Shown here piece by piece: positions 37,541 through 46,610 of a stretch of 64,000 nt of DNA. A program made the translations under genes and the position numbers. How positions within the stretch are numbered: position 1 is the stretch's first letter; each line of letters begins with the position of its first letter. The stretch is taken from contig CAWFUG010000009.1 in the NCBI GenBank assembly GCA_963818965.1, positions 224,001 through 288,000 of the forward strand, written 5' to 3'. Source of the DNA: an uncultured Verrucomicrobiae bacterium. Lineage in GTDB: Bacteria > Chlamydiota > Chlamydiia > Chlamydiales > Rhabdochlamydiaceae. The notes under the pieces were generated by a model. The model was not told the DNA's origin. It searched no databases and saw only the letters and a list, made by a program, of their open reading frames with translations.

Positions 37541-39121
37541 TTATCCTTCATTATGATCGGATATCTCTAGTTCGTAGCTGAGACAATGCGGGCCCAGCTT
37601 ACGGGCTGAGGCATCGAGCATCGCTTCAGAAAAGTCCTTGTCATTTTCAGGGTTTCTTCCAGCGAAATAAACTGCAGTATCTTCGCCGCAATGAGTGTGA
37701 ATGAATTCCGCATATACGTCCATTAATACGTCCCCTAAGATTCCACTGGTCTGTGCACCTGAGGTGATATAGTAATAATGGTTATTTTGCGGAGAAAAGC
37801 CGGTTACGCAGTTTAAGAAGTTGATGTTTAGTGGTTTTTTATTTGAATTAGGCTCCCAACCGAAGAAAGCGCCGGGAGTTGGAATGACTGTGAATTCTGC
37901 ATCAGCGAGTTTCTCTTTGATCTTTTCCAGTAAAGGCGTTAACTGTTCGCCAAGTTTTTCAGTGACTTCTATAAATTGCTCAAGTTGCGTAAGGTCAGTT
38001 TTACAGAGATTAAGGCTGTCTTTATTTTCCTTGACTGCGTAAAGGAGTTGGACCGCCAAATTATAGTCTTGCACAAAGAAGGAGCCTTTGCGTCCTGGCG
38101 CCATCATCAAATCAAGGTGATAGGCGGGTTGAGGCACAAAAGTGACCTTGTCAGCATCACAGCACAGTTCCTTAGGGAAGAGTTCTTTATAGACAAATTC
38201 CATCTGTGCTAGATATTTGGTAGCAATATTACGTCCCCTGATTTTATCCCTCTCTAAATCGAAATGAGTATAGTTATTCAAGTCTGAAATATCTTGTAAG
38301 CCGCCTCTCCTTAAGATTTCCCTGAGCATACTCCGATCCATTGGGTATTTTAAAATACCACTATCAGCTAAGAGCCCCATTGCAAGCATGTCTAAGAGCA
38401 CAGATTTAATAGCAGCATCATTTAAGGATCTTGAAATCTCCTCTGCTTTTTTTTCGATGAGTTCAGGAATGAAACCATTCTCCATTCGCAATATGTGGTA
38501 TGTCATGAAAGGAAGATCATCTCCGATAATGTAGCGAGAATTTTTGTTCCTATCGGTGACATAGAAACTATTGCCTCCTTCGAAATAGAGTTTAGAGTCT
38601 CTTAGCAGCTCATTTTTTAATCCATCAACGGTTCTTCGATCGAGTTTGTTCGCTCCGACACTACCGACGGTGGCACTAACAAATGAAGGATGATCTGATA
38701 GTACGACTGGGTGGTCTCTTTGGTGAAGTGCACGAAGACCTCTTAGATAAACTGCAACTTTCGTATGATCTGAACAGTTGGGCTTTAGAACATGGCCGTC
38801 GGCAGTACAGAGTTTAGGATCTCGAACGGAGTAGATCTGGGTGCTCTTGGGGTATTCCATCTCGAACCCCTCTCTCTCTCCGATCTCTTTGATGTTCTCA
38901 AAAAAGTAACTGCTGAATCCTTGATAGGGTGTAGAAAAAAGGAGTTTATGGATCACCTTGCCAAAATCATTTACCGTTGAGTAAGTAAACCCGGATTGAT
39001 CTTGACCTACAGCAGCAGAGGCTGGGCTAAAGACTCCCTGGCAGACCCTTTGAGCAGCCTCGCTGGGGACCCACGGTTGCATAGGAATCCGACTTGTGTT
39101 CGTTGTACTCTGTGTTGCCAT
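37541..39121 (-). CDS. Pentein (agmatine/peptidyl-arginine deiminase-fold) protein, candidate effector
   Basis: Ordered motifs VRD, FEGGN, YHLD, NFLN, GPHC; S/T-rich unstructured N-terminus. Confidence 0.55.
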   Translation of the reverse strand: MATQSTTNTSRIPMQPWVPSEAAQRVCQGVFSPASAAVGQDQSGFTYSTVNDFGKVIHKLLFSTPYQGFSSYFFENIKEIGEREGFEMEYPKSTQIYSVRDPKLCTADGHVLKPNCSDHTKVAVYLRGLRALHQRDHPVVLSDHPSFVSATVGSVGANKLDRRTVDGLKNELLRDSKLYFEGGNSFYVTDRNKNSRYIIGDDLPFMTYHILRMENGFIPELIEKKAEEISRSLNDAAIKSVLLDMLAMGLLADSGILKYPMDRSMLREILRRGGLQDISDLNNYTHFDLERDKIRGRNIATKYLAQMEFVYKELFPKELCCDADKVTFVPQPAYHLDLMMAPGRKGSFFVQDYNLAVQLLYAVKENKDSLNLCKTDLTQLEQFIEVTEKLGEQLTPLLEKIKEKLADAEFTVIPTPGAFFGWEPNSNKKPLNINFLNCVTGFSPQNNHYYYITSGAQTSGILGDVLMDVYAEFIHTHCGEDTAVYFAGRNPENDKDFSEAMLDASARKLGPHCLSYELEISDHNEG

Positions 39122-39510
39122 TATTTCACCCTCAATAAACTGTTAATTAAATAATTTATAATACTGGTTTTAAGAGATTTTGTTTTTAATCTTAGTTGTT
39201 GTTAATATACGTTATTTTGCCATTTAATTAAATGGTTATTTCTATGGTAATTGTATAACCCAAGTTGCCATCACTTTGTGGCACTAGTCGCATAAAACCC
39301 ATCCCCCTGAACTAGATTTACTTACAAATATACTGCCACCAATCTTGATATTCCACTTTTTAGGAAATAAGCCTCTGATCAATGATGTTTTTGTTCAAGT
39401 GGCTTTTATGTAATAATTATTTAAATTTCGTTTTTTTATTTAATAAAAAATAACGTGCGTGAGAAAATGACTTTAGTTAAATTAATGTAACTTTATTTTT
39501 ATTGCGACTT

Positions 39511-40038
39511 ATGAGTTTTGATTTGTCCAGCCTAGAAAGTCAACAGAAACAGGGAAAAGAATCTAGACAAGTTAAGCTCTCGGAAAACACATCTTACTAC
39601 ATTAAAACCTATCTCAATCCATACAAAAAGTGGAGTGTTGCATCTTCTCCAAAACAGAGGATCGATTTACTAAGAAACGCAGATGTGAACTGGACCTCTA
39701 TATCGGACCACATCAAAGGCATGGACTATCGAGATTTTTTAGGAACGCCTTATTGGAAAGCCATAGCCGCACATACTAAATATAGGGCTGGATATCGGTG
39801 TCAGCTCTGTAACAGTCGTAGGGATTTAGTCACTCACCATAGGGATTATGGGATCCACGGGCGAGAGCATGCCCATATGTACGATCTGATCGTGCTTTGC
39901 AATTATTGCCATGAGAAGTTTCATGATGTTGAAGAAAAAAAGACTGAATCATGTGACAGCACTTGCAAATCTCGTTTTATCATTTTGGGACTTATTGTAT
40001 TAGTAGTAGCGTATTTTCTTGTTTTAGGAGAGATTTAG
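39511..40038 (+). CDS. HNH endonuclease-domain protein with C-terminal TM helix
   Basis: YW...RAGYRCQLC...HHRDY...DLIVLCNYCHEKFH; hydrophobic tail. Confidence 0.7.
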   Translation: MSFDLSSLESQQKQGKESRQVKLSENTSYYIKTYLNPYKKWSVASSPKQRIDLLRNADVNWTSISDHIKGMDYRDFLGTPYWKAIAAHTKYRAGYRCQLCNSRRDLVTHHRDYGIHGREHAHMYDLIVLCNYCHEKFHDVEEKKTESCDSTCKSRFIILGLIVLVVAYFLVLGEI

Positions 40039-40043
40039 TTTCT

Positions 40044-40595
40044 CTAGGTTTCAAGATTTTTCCTTCTCAGTTCCTTATACATTTCTTGTTTGAGTTTTTC
40101 TATGGTCTCCTGCATTTCATCAGAGGAAATCGGTCCTTTTGCATTTGCCAGATACATTTTCACCAGGAAGCTAAATGCTGAGCTATCGCCTTCTTTCCTG
40201 GGGATATAATGGACATGTACATGGGGCACCGATTGTCCCACTTCAATGCCATTTTTTTGAAGGAGAAGGTAGGAAGAGGTGCTAAATACCTCGGTTACTG
40301 CTCGGTCTACTTTTTTGATTACCTTGCCCATTTGGGTTATCTCTTGATCGGTAAGTTGCTCGAATCGCTCAACATGTCGTTTTGGAAGCACGAGGCAATG
40401 GCCCGGCAGAACAGGCTTGTGTGTGTACAACGCTAAGACAAGATCATCTTCGTAGAATTTCTGCCGCTCTAAGACACGGGGATCACAGAACGCACAGTAT
40501 TCGGTAAAATGAGCCGGCCGGGGAGAAAAGAAGTAAATTCCTCCTATCAGGCTGGTCAACAAGAGAATGGCAAAAATCATCCATTTTTTACGCAT
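40044..40595 (-). CDS. HIT family hydrolase
   Basis: CAFC, GHCLVLPKRH, GQSVPHVHVHYIPR; N-terminal TM helix. Confidence 0.9.
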   Translation of the reverse strand: MRKKWMIFAILLLTSLIGGIYFFSPRPAHFTEYCAFCDPRVLERQKFYEDDLVLALYTHKPVLPGHCLVLPKRHVERFEQLTDQEITQMGKVIKKVDRAVTEVFSTSSYLLLQKNGIEVGQSVPHVHVHYIPRKEGDSSAFSFLVKMYLANAKGPISSDEMQETIEKLKQEMYKELRRKNLET

Positions 40596-40669
40596 CTTTC
40601 TCCACTCCTACCTGCATCCTATCCGTGCTGATGCGTTCATGTGATTGGGATTGTGCTGGTTAAGAAAGA

Positions 40670-40716
40670 TGGAGCAAGCTGGACTTGAACCAGCGACCAG
40701 CGGGTTATGAGTCCGC
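40670..40716 (-). repeat. att site: displaced 3' half of the tRNA(CAT)
   Basis: 47-nt near copy of 51645-51691; identical 16-bp core CGGGTTATGAGTCCGC at 40701-40716 and 51676-51691. Confidence 0.9.
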
Positions 40717-40822
40717 AGCACCCCCGCCACTTCCCAGCAGCTAACTCCCCGAAATCATAGCGGAAAGCCAGCCTTTCGAGCTACTGCGAACTGTCGTGAT
40801 TTATCGCTCTTTTTTGTATGCC

Positions 40823-40846
40823 AGTGGTCCACAAATGGTCCACGGA
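40823..40846. repeat. Candidate integrase arm-type binding sites
   Basis: AGTGGTCCACAAATGGTCCACGGA, 23/24 identical to 51542-51565. Confidence 0.75.
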
Positions 40847-40970
40847 AATTGTCGCCACACTGTCGCGACTTTTGAACTGTTCGGAATTTCCGAATGGTTC
40901 GATTTGTTCTAAGTCATTAAAAATAAGATATATAACAAATTTTTGAGAAACTCTCTTCTTTTCGGTTCAA

Positions 40971-41026
40971 CTGTTCAATATTTCTATCTGTTCAATATAT
41001 ATTGAACAGTGTATTATAATGAACAG
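40971..41026 (+). promoter_or_regulatory. Operator/promoter of the toxin-antitoxin pair
   Basis: Perfect 22-bp palindrome CTGTTCAATATATATTGAACAG (40988-41009), extra half sites at 40971 and 41019, TATAAT at 41015-41020. Confidence 0.65.
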
Positions 41027-41038
41027 AAGGAGATCGCA

Positions 41039-41770
41039 ATGAAAGGTCGTTTCCTAGTAAGTTCCAATGAAGATCCAGCAGAAGGGAATGTCTATGCAGA
41101 CAAGTCTTCTCTCGTGCTTGATTGGCTGCTTCGAGAAGGACTTTCTAGAGAAAGCTTCTCATTGAGAGAAGTCGCTAAAGAAGCGGGAGTAAGCCTCGGT
41201 CTGGTTCAACGTGTTTTCAATATTCTGGTATTGAAAGGACTTCTTCAAGTTGAAGGAATAAGAACCTCCAAGAGGTTTTCCTTTAACAAACCAAAAGAGC
41301 TTCTAGAAAGCTGGTTAGAGCACTATAGCATCGTGAAAAAATGCAAAATCAGAACGTATCGTTCTGCTCTTTCTGGCAAGTCAGAGTGGTTCAAGGCTTT
41401 AAAGAAATCTGGACTCGAGCAAAACGTGATCTTGGCTCTTCATTCAGCAGCCGAAGCGCTTGGGCTTAAGAATACCAATCTAGAAGGATTAGAATTGTAT
41501 GTCCTTGATCCTTCCGTTAGAGCGAAATTGGAACATACTTTGCAATTAGAGCCACAAGAAAGAGGGTATGAGGTTTTGTTGATCGAACCTTATTACAAAA
41601 TGCTACTCAAGCAAAATGGGAAGGACGGTAAAGAAATTAGCATTTGCCCGCTTCTCCTTACCTTTTTAGATCTTTATCATTTTCCCCTGCGAGGACAAGA
41701 ACAAGCAGAATTTATAGCTCAGCGAGCACCTGAACTGAAACGCATTTACAAAAGCCTTAAGAACAAATGA
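41039..41770 (+). CDS. AbiEi-like (type IV TA) antitoxin with N-terminal HTH
   Basis: SLREVAKEAGVSLGLVQR HTH; LLESW..Y, ALHSAA, FLDL...RGQEQAE; AAGGAG RBS. Confidence 0.7.
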   Translation: MKGRFLVSSNEDPAEGNVYADKSSLVLDWLLREGLSRESFSLREVAKEAGVSLGLVQRVFNILVLKGLLQVEGIRTSKRFSFNKPKELLESWLEHYSIVKKCKIRTYRSALSGKSEWFKALKKSGLEQNVILALHSAAEALGLKNTNLEGLELYVLDPSVRAKLEHTLQLEPQERGYEVLLIEPYYKMLLKQNGKDGKEISICPLLLTFLDLYHFPLRGQEQAEFIAQRAPELKRIYKSLKNK

Positions 41771-42546
41771 AACAGATTCAAGAAGACAAGATCATTTCAG
41801 AATTTTTAAAATCACTTGGACCATGGCGAGATTTCGTTGTTATTGGGGGTGGTTTTGCTCTTTTCATTTACAAGCTTTACCTCGCCGATCCCAAGCTCGA
41901 GAACCCTCCCGTTGGAACGCGCGATATTGACTCGTTGATTCCCAGGAGGATTCCTGAAATCTCTAAAAAGAACATCGCCAAATACCTCAATGAAGCAGGT
42001 TTTACCCATATTTTCAAAGATGTCGATGTTCCTGCGACAGAAAGCTATGTGAAAGAGATCGATGGGGTAGAAGTAGAGATCGAGTTTTTAACGGACTCGG
42101 CTACCCGAGATGATAAGAATAAAAACGTCATGATTGCTGGCATTGTTGCTCAGCCTTTGAGCTACTTGACGCTAAGTCTACAAACGACAATGGAATTTCG
42201 AACCTATTCAGGAGAAGCGGGAAAAGTCGTCTCACCTGGAGCATGGATTTTCCATAAAGGGCTTACTTTTACTAGGCGGAAAAGCTCATCAAAGATGCTT
42301 AAGGATCTCTATGGAATCTGGTATGTAGCCACGCAGCTGGGAGATTTTTCCGAGCAAGCGCTTAATGAGTTTGCTTTTCTCTCTCAGCAGCATCCTAAAT
42401 GGCTGCAGACATTTCAGAAGCAATTATCCAACTGGATCAATCAGGCGTCTCCAAATGATTGGTTTAAGTTAGAGTCTCAAGATCCGTCTGGTAAGCTGAA
42501 AAAGCTAACCTTTGAACGCATTCTAAAGAGGCTGCTGGCCTTTTAG
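41767..42546 (+). CDS. Nucleotidyltransferase-fold toxin (AbiEii/GSU2403-like)
   Basis: VVIGGGFA, TRDID, EIEFL, HK...KDLY; 4-nt overlap with the antitoxin. Confidence 0.7.
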   Translation: MKQIQEDKIISEFLKSLGPWRDFVVIGGGFALFIYKLYLADPKLENPPVGTRDIDSLIPRRIPEISKKNIAKYLNEAGFTHIFKDVDVPATESYVKEIDGVEVEIEFLTDSATRDDKNKNVMIAGIVAQPLSYLTLSLQTTMEFRTYSGEAGKVVSPGAWIFHKGLTFTRRKSSSKMLKDLYGIWYVATQLGDFSEQALNEFAFLSQQHPKWLQTFQKQLSNWINQASPNDWFKLESQDPSGKLKKLTFERILKRLLAF

Positions 42547-42596
42547 CCAATGCTAGATGAGGCCGCGTTATAGGGATTCACAAATTTAATCTAGCT

Positions 42597-42873
42597 TTAG
42601 GTTGGCGAAATGCCTAGATATTTATTTTGTGTATAAGTGGCAAGAGCATGAATTTTTGAAGGGCCATACCTTCTAATATTTTCGAAGACATTAGAACGAA
42701 CAATCCTGCCGTGTTCAAGAAGTTCATCTCCAGTCAGTATTATGACAGGTGCAAGTATTTGTGCTTTTTTTACATCATATTTTTTCCCCCATAAAGCTAA
42801 TTCACGAAGAAGTTTTACTTCTTTTTTCGTCAATTCACTTTCTTGACGAAGCATAGAGATTACAATTCCAGAG
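42597..42873 (-). pseudogene. 3' remnant of an unknown gene cut off by the IS
   Basis: About 90 protein-like codons (GIVISMLR...APVIILTGDELL...YLG); the upstream part of the ORF lies inside the IS. Confidence 0.6.
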
Positions 42874-44009
42874 GGCGTTGTTGCATAAATAGCTGCGGAT
42901 AAGGTTCTTCTTGCCTTAAGCCCAGCGAGCTTGTAAATTTTTTGTTGCTTACACGAAAAATTTGAGGCTCGATATGGCTCCCAAGAAAGATACAACTCCT
43001 TCCAAGAAAAAAGACAAGTACCAGATCCGCAACTGGCGCCAGTATAACCAATCATTGGTAAATCGGGGAAGCATCACTTTTTGGTTTGATGAAGATGCCA
43101 TTGAAAAATGGCACAGTGTCGAAAAGACTGGCAGGCCAGGGAGACCGGAAGTTTATTCAGATTTTGCAGTACGTTGCGGCCTAGCGATCAAGGCTGTTTT
43201 TCGGGTTGCCCTTAGGGCTTTACAAGGCCTCATCACCTCTCTGATCAAAATTCTTGGACTCTCGCTTAAATGTCCTAACTACTCTCTTTTTTCTCGACGG
43301 GCGGAAGGCCTCCAAATTCCGATGAGACATTTTCTCAAACCCGGGGAGCACTTGAACATAGTTTTTGACTCAACAGGTTTAAAAGTTTACGGAGAGGGCG
43401 AATGGAAAGTTCGTAAACATGGGTACTCCAAGCGAAGGACATGGCGCAAGGTCCATGTGGGGATGTGTGCAGATACAGGGCAAGTGATTGTTAGTGGCAT
43501 CTCTTCGAATAACGTGAGTGACGATGAGGCAATGCTTGCTATGATGACGACATTAGAAGGAGTGAAAATAGGGGATGTTTTCGGTGATGGTGCCTATGAT
43601 ACAACAGACTGCCGCCAATTTATCTATGATATTGGGGGAAGGCAGATTATCCCTCCAAAGCGGACAGCTAAACAGCAGAAGAAAAACCCATTACCTGCTC
43701 TTAAAGAGCGAGACGAGGCGATTCAAAAAATTAGGGAACTGGGGGAAGAAGGCAGAGCAAAATGGAAACAAGAAATCGGATACCACCAAAGGTCGCGTGT
43801 TGAGACCCATATGTTTCGGCATAAAACGATTTTAGGAGATCGGCTCACTGCTCGAAAAAAAGAAACCCAGGCTACAGAAGTAGCGATAAAATGTGATGTT
43901 TTGAACCGAATGACAGGATTGGGAATGCCTGACAGTTGCAAGGTCGCAGTCTAGGCCGCCAGTGATTGAGGAGGTTTATGCCGCTTGTCGGCAATTATGC
44001 AACAAAGCC
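42874..44009 (+). mobile_element. IS5 family (IS903 group) insertion sequence, 1136 bp
   Basis: TIRs GGCGTTGTTGCATAAAT and AATTATGCAACAAAGCC; flanks ATTCCAGAG and ATTCCAGAC. Confidence 0.9.
42974..43954 (+). CDS. IS5/IS903-type DDE transposase
   Basis: NW..YN..L..RGS.T.W, DSTGLKVYGEGEW, RRTWRK.H, DGAYD, GYH.RSRVET. Confidence 0.93.
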   Translation: MAPKKDTTPSKKKDKYQIRNWRQYNQSLVNRGSITFWFDEDAIEKWHSVEKTGRPGRPEVYSDFAVRCGLAIKAVFRVALRALQGLITSLIKILGLSLKCPNYSLFSRRAEGLQIPMRHFLKPGEHLNIVFDSTGLKVYGEGEWKVRKHGYSKRRTWRKVHVGMCADTGQVIVSGISSNNVSDDEAMLAMMTTLEGVKIGDVFGDGAYDTTDCRQFIYDIGGRQIIPPKRTAKQQKKNPLPALKERDEAIQKIRELGEEGRAKWKQEIGYHQRSRVETHMFRHKTILGDRLTARKKETQATEVAIKCDVLNRMTGLGMPDSCKVAV

Positions 44010-45810
44010 ATTCCAGACAGATCATCAGCACCCCATCTCCAATAGAATAGATTGTTTTCCCAGCTATTTGCTGCTTCTCGATTTTTGCGGTGGGTAGATA
44101 GCCTGATTTCAGAAGTAATTCATAAAGAATATCTTCTTGAGACGCCTTGGAATCGATATGAGGGATATGTCCTTCAAGCTTCAGGAGCAGTTCATGTACA
44201 GTTATTTGGGAAGTCGGTTCCCATATCTTGAAGTTGGATTTATCGAGTTTTAGGACTTTGAAGCCGAGATCGAAATTTGCTTGAGTTCCTACTTCCTGCT
44301 TAATTTTGTCGATCACTCGTTCGATTCTAGCTTTTCCGATGTCAGCAATCGTTTTAAATCCGGCCTTGAATGTCTCAGATTCTGGTGGGCATGGTTCTGG
44401 AAGTTGGACCATAACGAATTTGCGATTGCCATTGTCTTCGACATTTATATCAAATACGGCCTGCGCAGTTGGACAGGACCCTGAAAAAAAATCACAAACT
44501 ATATCTTGATTCTTAGTCAGTAATATCAAAAGATGTTTGATTAGCTTCGATGGTTTGGGATAAGGGAAAATATCTTGATTGCCAAATAATTCTTCTAATT
44601 CTATTCGTGCTGCTTGCGTATCCGGTAAATTTTTAAGAACAGATTTAGAAGATTGATAATCAACAAATTTTTTCGAGTAAAGCTTGCCGTTTTCTTTAAA
44701 GAAAAATTTTTCGATTTGCTGACCTTTGGTATCAAACACTTTTTTCCCAGACAGCCAGTCAAGAATCATATTTTTCATAGTCCAGCCAGCAATCAGAGTT
44801 ACTGGTTTTGCCAAACGACCTTCTTTAAAAATAAGGTCATCAACAATTTCTATACTTTCAGACCCTTCAATTCTTCCATTTAAAATTTTATCTTCACCTT
44901 CATATTCAATCCCAGCCGGAAAATTGATAGGAGACGCAGGATGTCTTGCATCAACTTTCTTATTGCAACGTTCAATGGAATGTTCAACATTATCCGACTT
45001 ATAAAATTGATTTAGACAAGTTTTGTTTTTTGCATAACCAAGTATATATTCGTGAGCTCGTGAAATATGGCCCGCATTAATACCTCTTGGTAATTCCCAA
45101 ACAAAAGGTGTAAGAGCATTTTCTTCGCCAAAAATCTCATCGCACATTTTTTTTAGATTTGTCATTTCGTTATCATCAATAGAAATAAAAATTACTCCAT
45201 CTTCGCGAAGTAAATTTCTTGCTAGATAGAGGCGAGGATACATCATATTCAGCCACTTAGTGTGAAAACGGCCTTCATTAGGAGTATTTGTGGAAAATTT
45301 CTTTCCCTTGTCATCAACCAAACCAGCATAAGCAAGATAGGTGTCGAGAGATTCTGCATAGTGATCTGGGTAGATAAACTCCTTTCCAGTATTGTAAGGA
45401 GGATCGATATAGACCATCTTGACTTTGCCGTAGTAGGACTTCTGAAGAAGCTTTAATACTTCAAGGTTGTCACCTTCGATAAAGAGATTTTCAGTAGTAT
45501 CAAAATTAACAGATTCTTCTCGGCATGGCTTAAGAGTTGCAAGGGATGGTTGCTGGATAATCTTTAGGCATTCCTTTTTTCCAGGCCAATCCATTCCATA
45601 ACGTTCTTTACGGCCTTCAAAAAGATCACTAAAAGTTCCAAGCTCAGCCCTTAACTTTTCAAAATCAATGGACTCAACCAATCTTCCTTTTTCATTTAGG
45701 GTTTCAGTAAAAACAGAAGGAAAAAGAGCTTTGAGCTTAGCTCTATTTTCAGTGCCAACATCCCTGGACTCAAGAGAAACCTTTTCTAGTTCGGTTTGGG
45801 ATGTGTTCAT
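44010..45810 (-). pseudogene. Type III R-M Mod-like adenine DNA methyltransferase, C-terminally truncated by the IS
   Basis: EGDNLEVLK, YIDPPYNTG, WLNMMYPRL, YPKP, DFFSGS; native sequence ends at ICLE and the ORF runs into the IS to 43951. Confidence 0.85.
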
Positions 45811-46601
45811 TTGGCCTCCTGTAACTGTTGTTGCTTTATTTTTACTTGCTTAAGACTCTCTAGTTCTCGCTCAAATGAAATTTCTTCGATATCGTCTCGA
45901 GCTAGAAAAAGCATTCCTCCGCCACCCATCGTTGTAGGATTTATTGCTTTATTTTTCTTGCTGAGATTGTGAAGGTGTAGAGCTGTAAGTTGCTGAATCC
46001 TATCTTTATCTTCTTTTCGTAGCTTCACGATTAATTGTTGGATATATTCAAAGATCATTTTTCCGTATGCAAAAGCCTCATCTTTAGAAGGTAAATAGCC
46101 CTCATGGATAACGTTGTTTCTAAATTCGCTACATTTGAGAGATGAGGTAATTTTTTGATCGGGAAAAATTGGGGGACATTCCTTGAATCTCTTTAGATAT
46201 AGAAAGATGAAAGCCCCTAATTGGCGCTCAGATTGCTTTTTTATACTTTTCCACGCCATTTCAAAGCCTTCTGGTAACGAATCTTCCAGAGTAAATAGTT
46301 TGATGCAAAACTCATAAAAACGCTCTAATGCTTTAGCAAAGGCAAAGGTAGACTCTGCATAGTAGCCATCAAGTAAGGCCAAGGCTCCAATTTGGAAATG
46401 AATTTCAAAAGGAAATTGCTGTAGACAGACTATTGTTTTATGCCCATTTTTGCATGATAACTCACACGTTCCGTCTCTTAAATAATCAGAAAGCAGAACC
46501 AAGGAGGGGGCTGTTGCAAATTTGGTCATACGATCACGGCAAGATAGACAATTTATCCAATCAAACCTATTTTCTGCTAAAACTGGGACGTCTTGAGTCA
46601 T
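45807..46601 (-). CDS. Hypothetical protein with N-terminal Cys/His cluster and HEPN-like RxxxxH motif
   Basis: CLSC...CKNGH; ALERFYE helix; FRNNVIH; ATGA overlap with the methyltransferase. Confidence 0.6.
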   Translation of the reverse strand: MTQDVPVLAENRFDWINCLSCRDRMTKFATAPSLVLLSDYLRDGTCELSCKNGHKTIVCLQQFPFEIHFQIGALALLDGYYAESTFAFAKALERFYEFCIKLFTLEDSLPEGFEMAWKSIKKQSERQLGAFIFLYLKRFKECPPIFPDQKITSSLKCSEFRNNVIHEGYLPSKDEAFAYGKMIFEYIQQLIVKLRKEDKDRIQQLTALHLHNLSKKNKAINPTTMGGGGMLFLARDDIEEISFERELESLKQVKIKQQQLQEAK

Positions 46602-46610
46602 TAAAATACC

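Noticed and set aside
40670..40716. A second functional tRNA(CAT)
   Set aside because: Only the 3' half is present; the D arm and 5' acceptor strand are missing.
42597..43055. 152-aa ORF as a complete gene
   Set aside because: Its first ~60 codons lie inside the IS, antisense to the transposase start.
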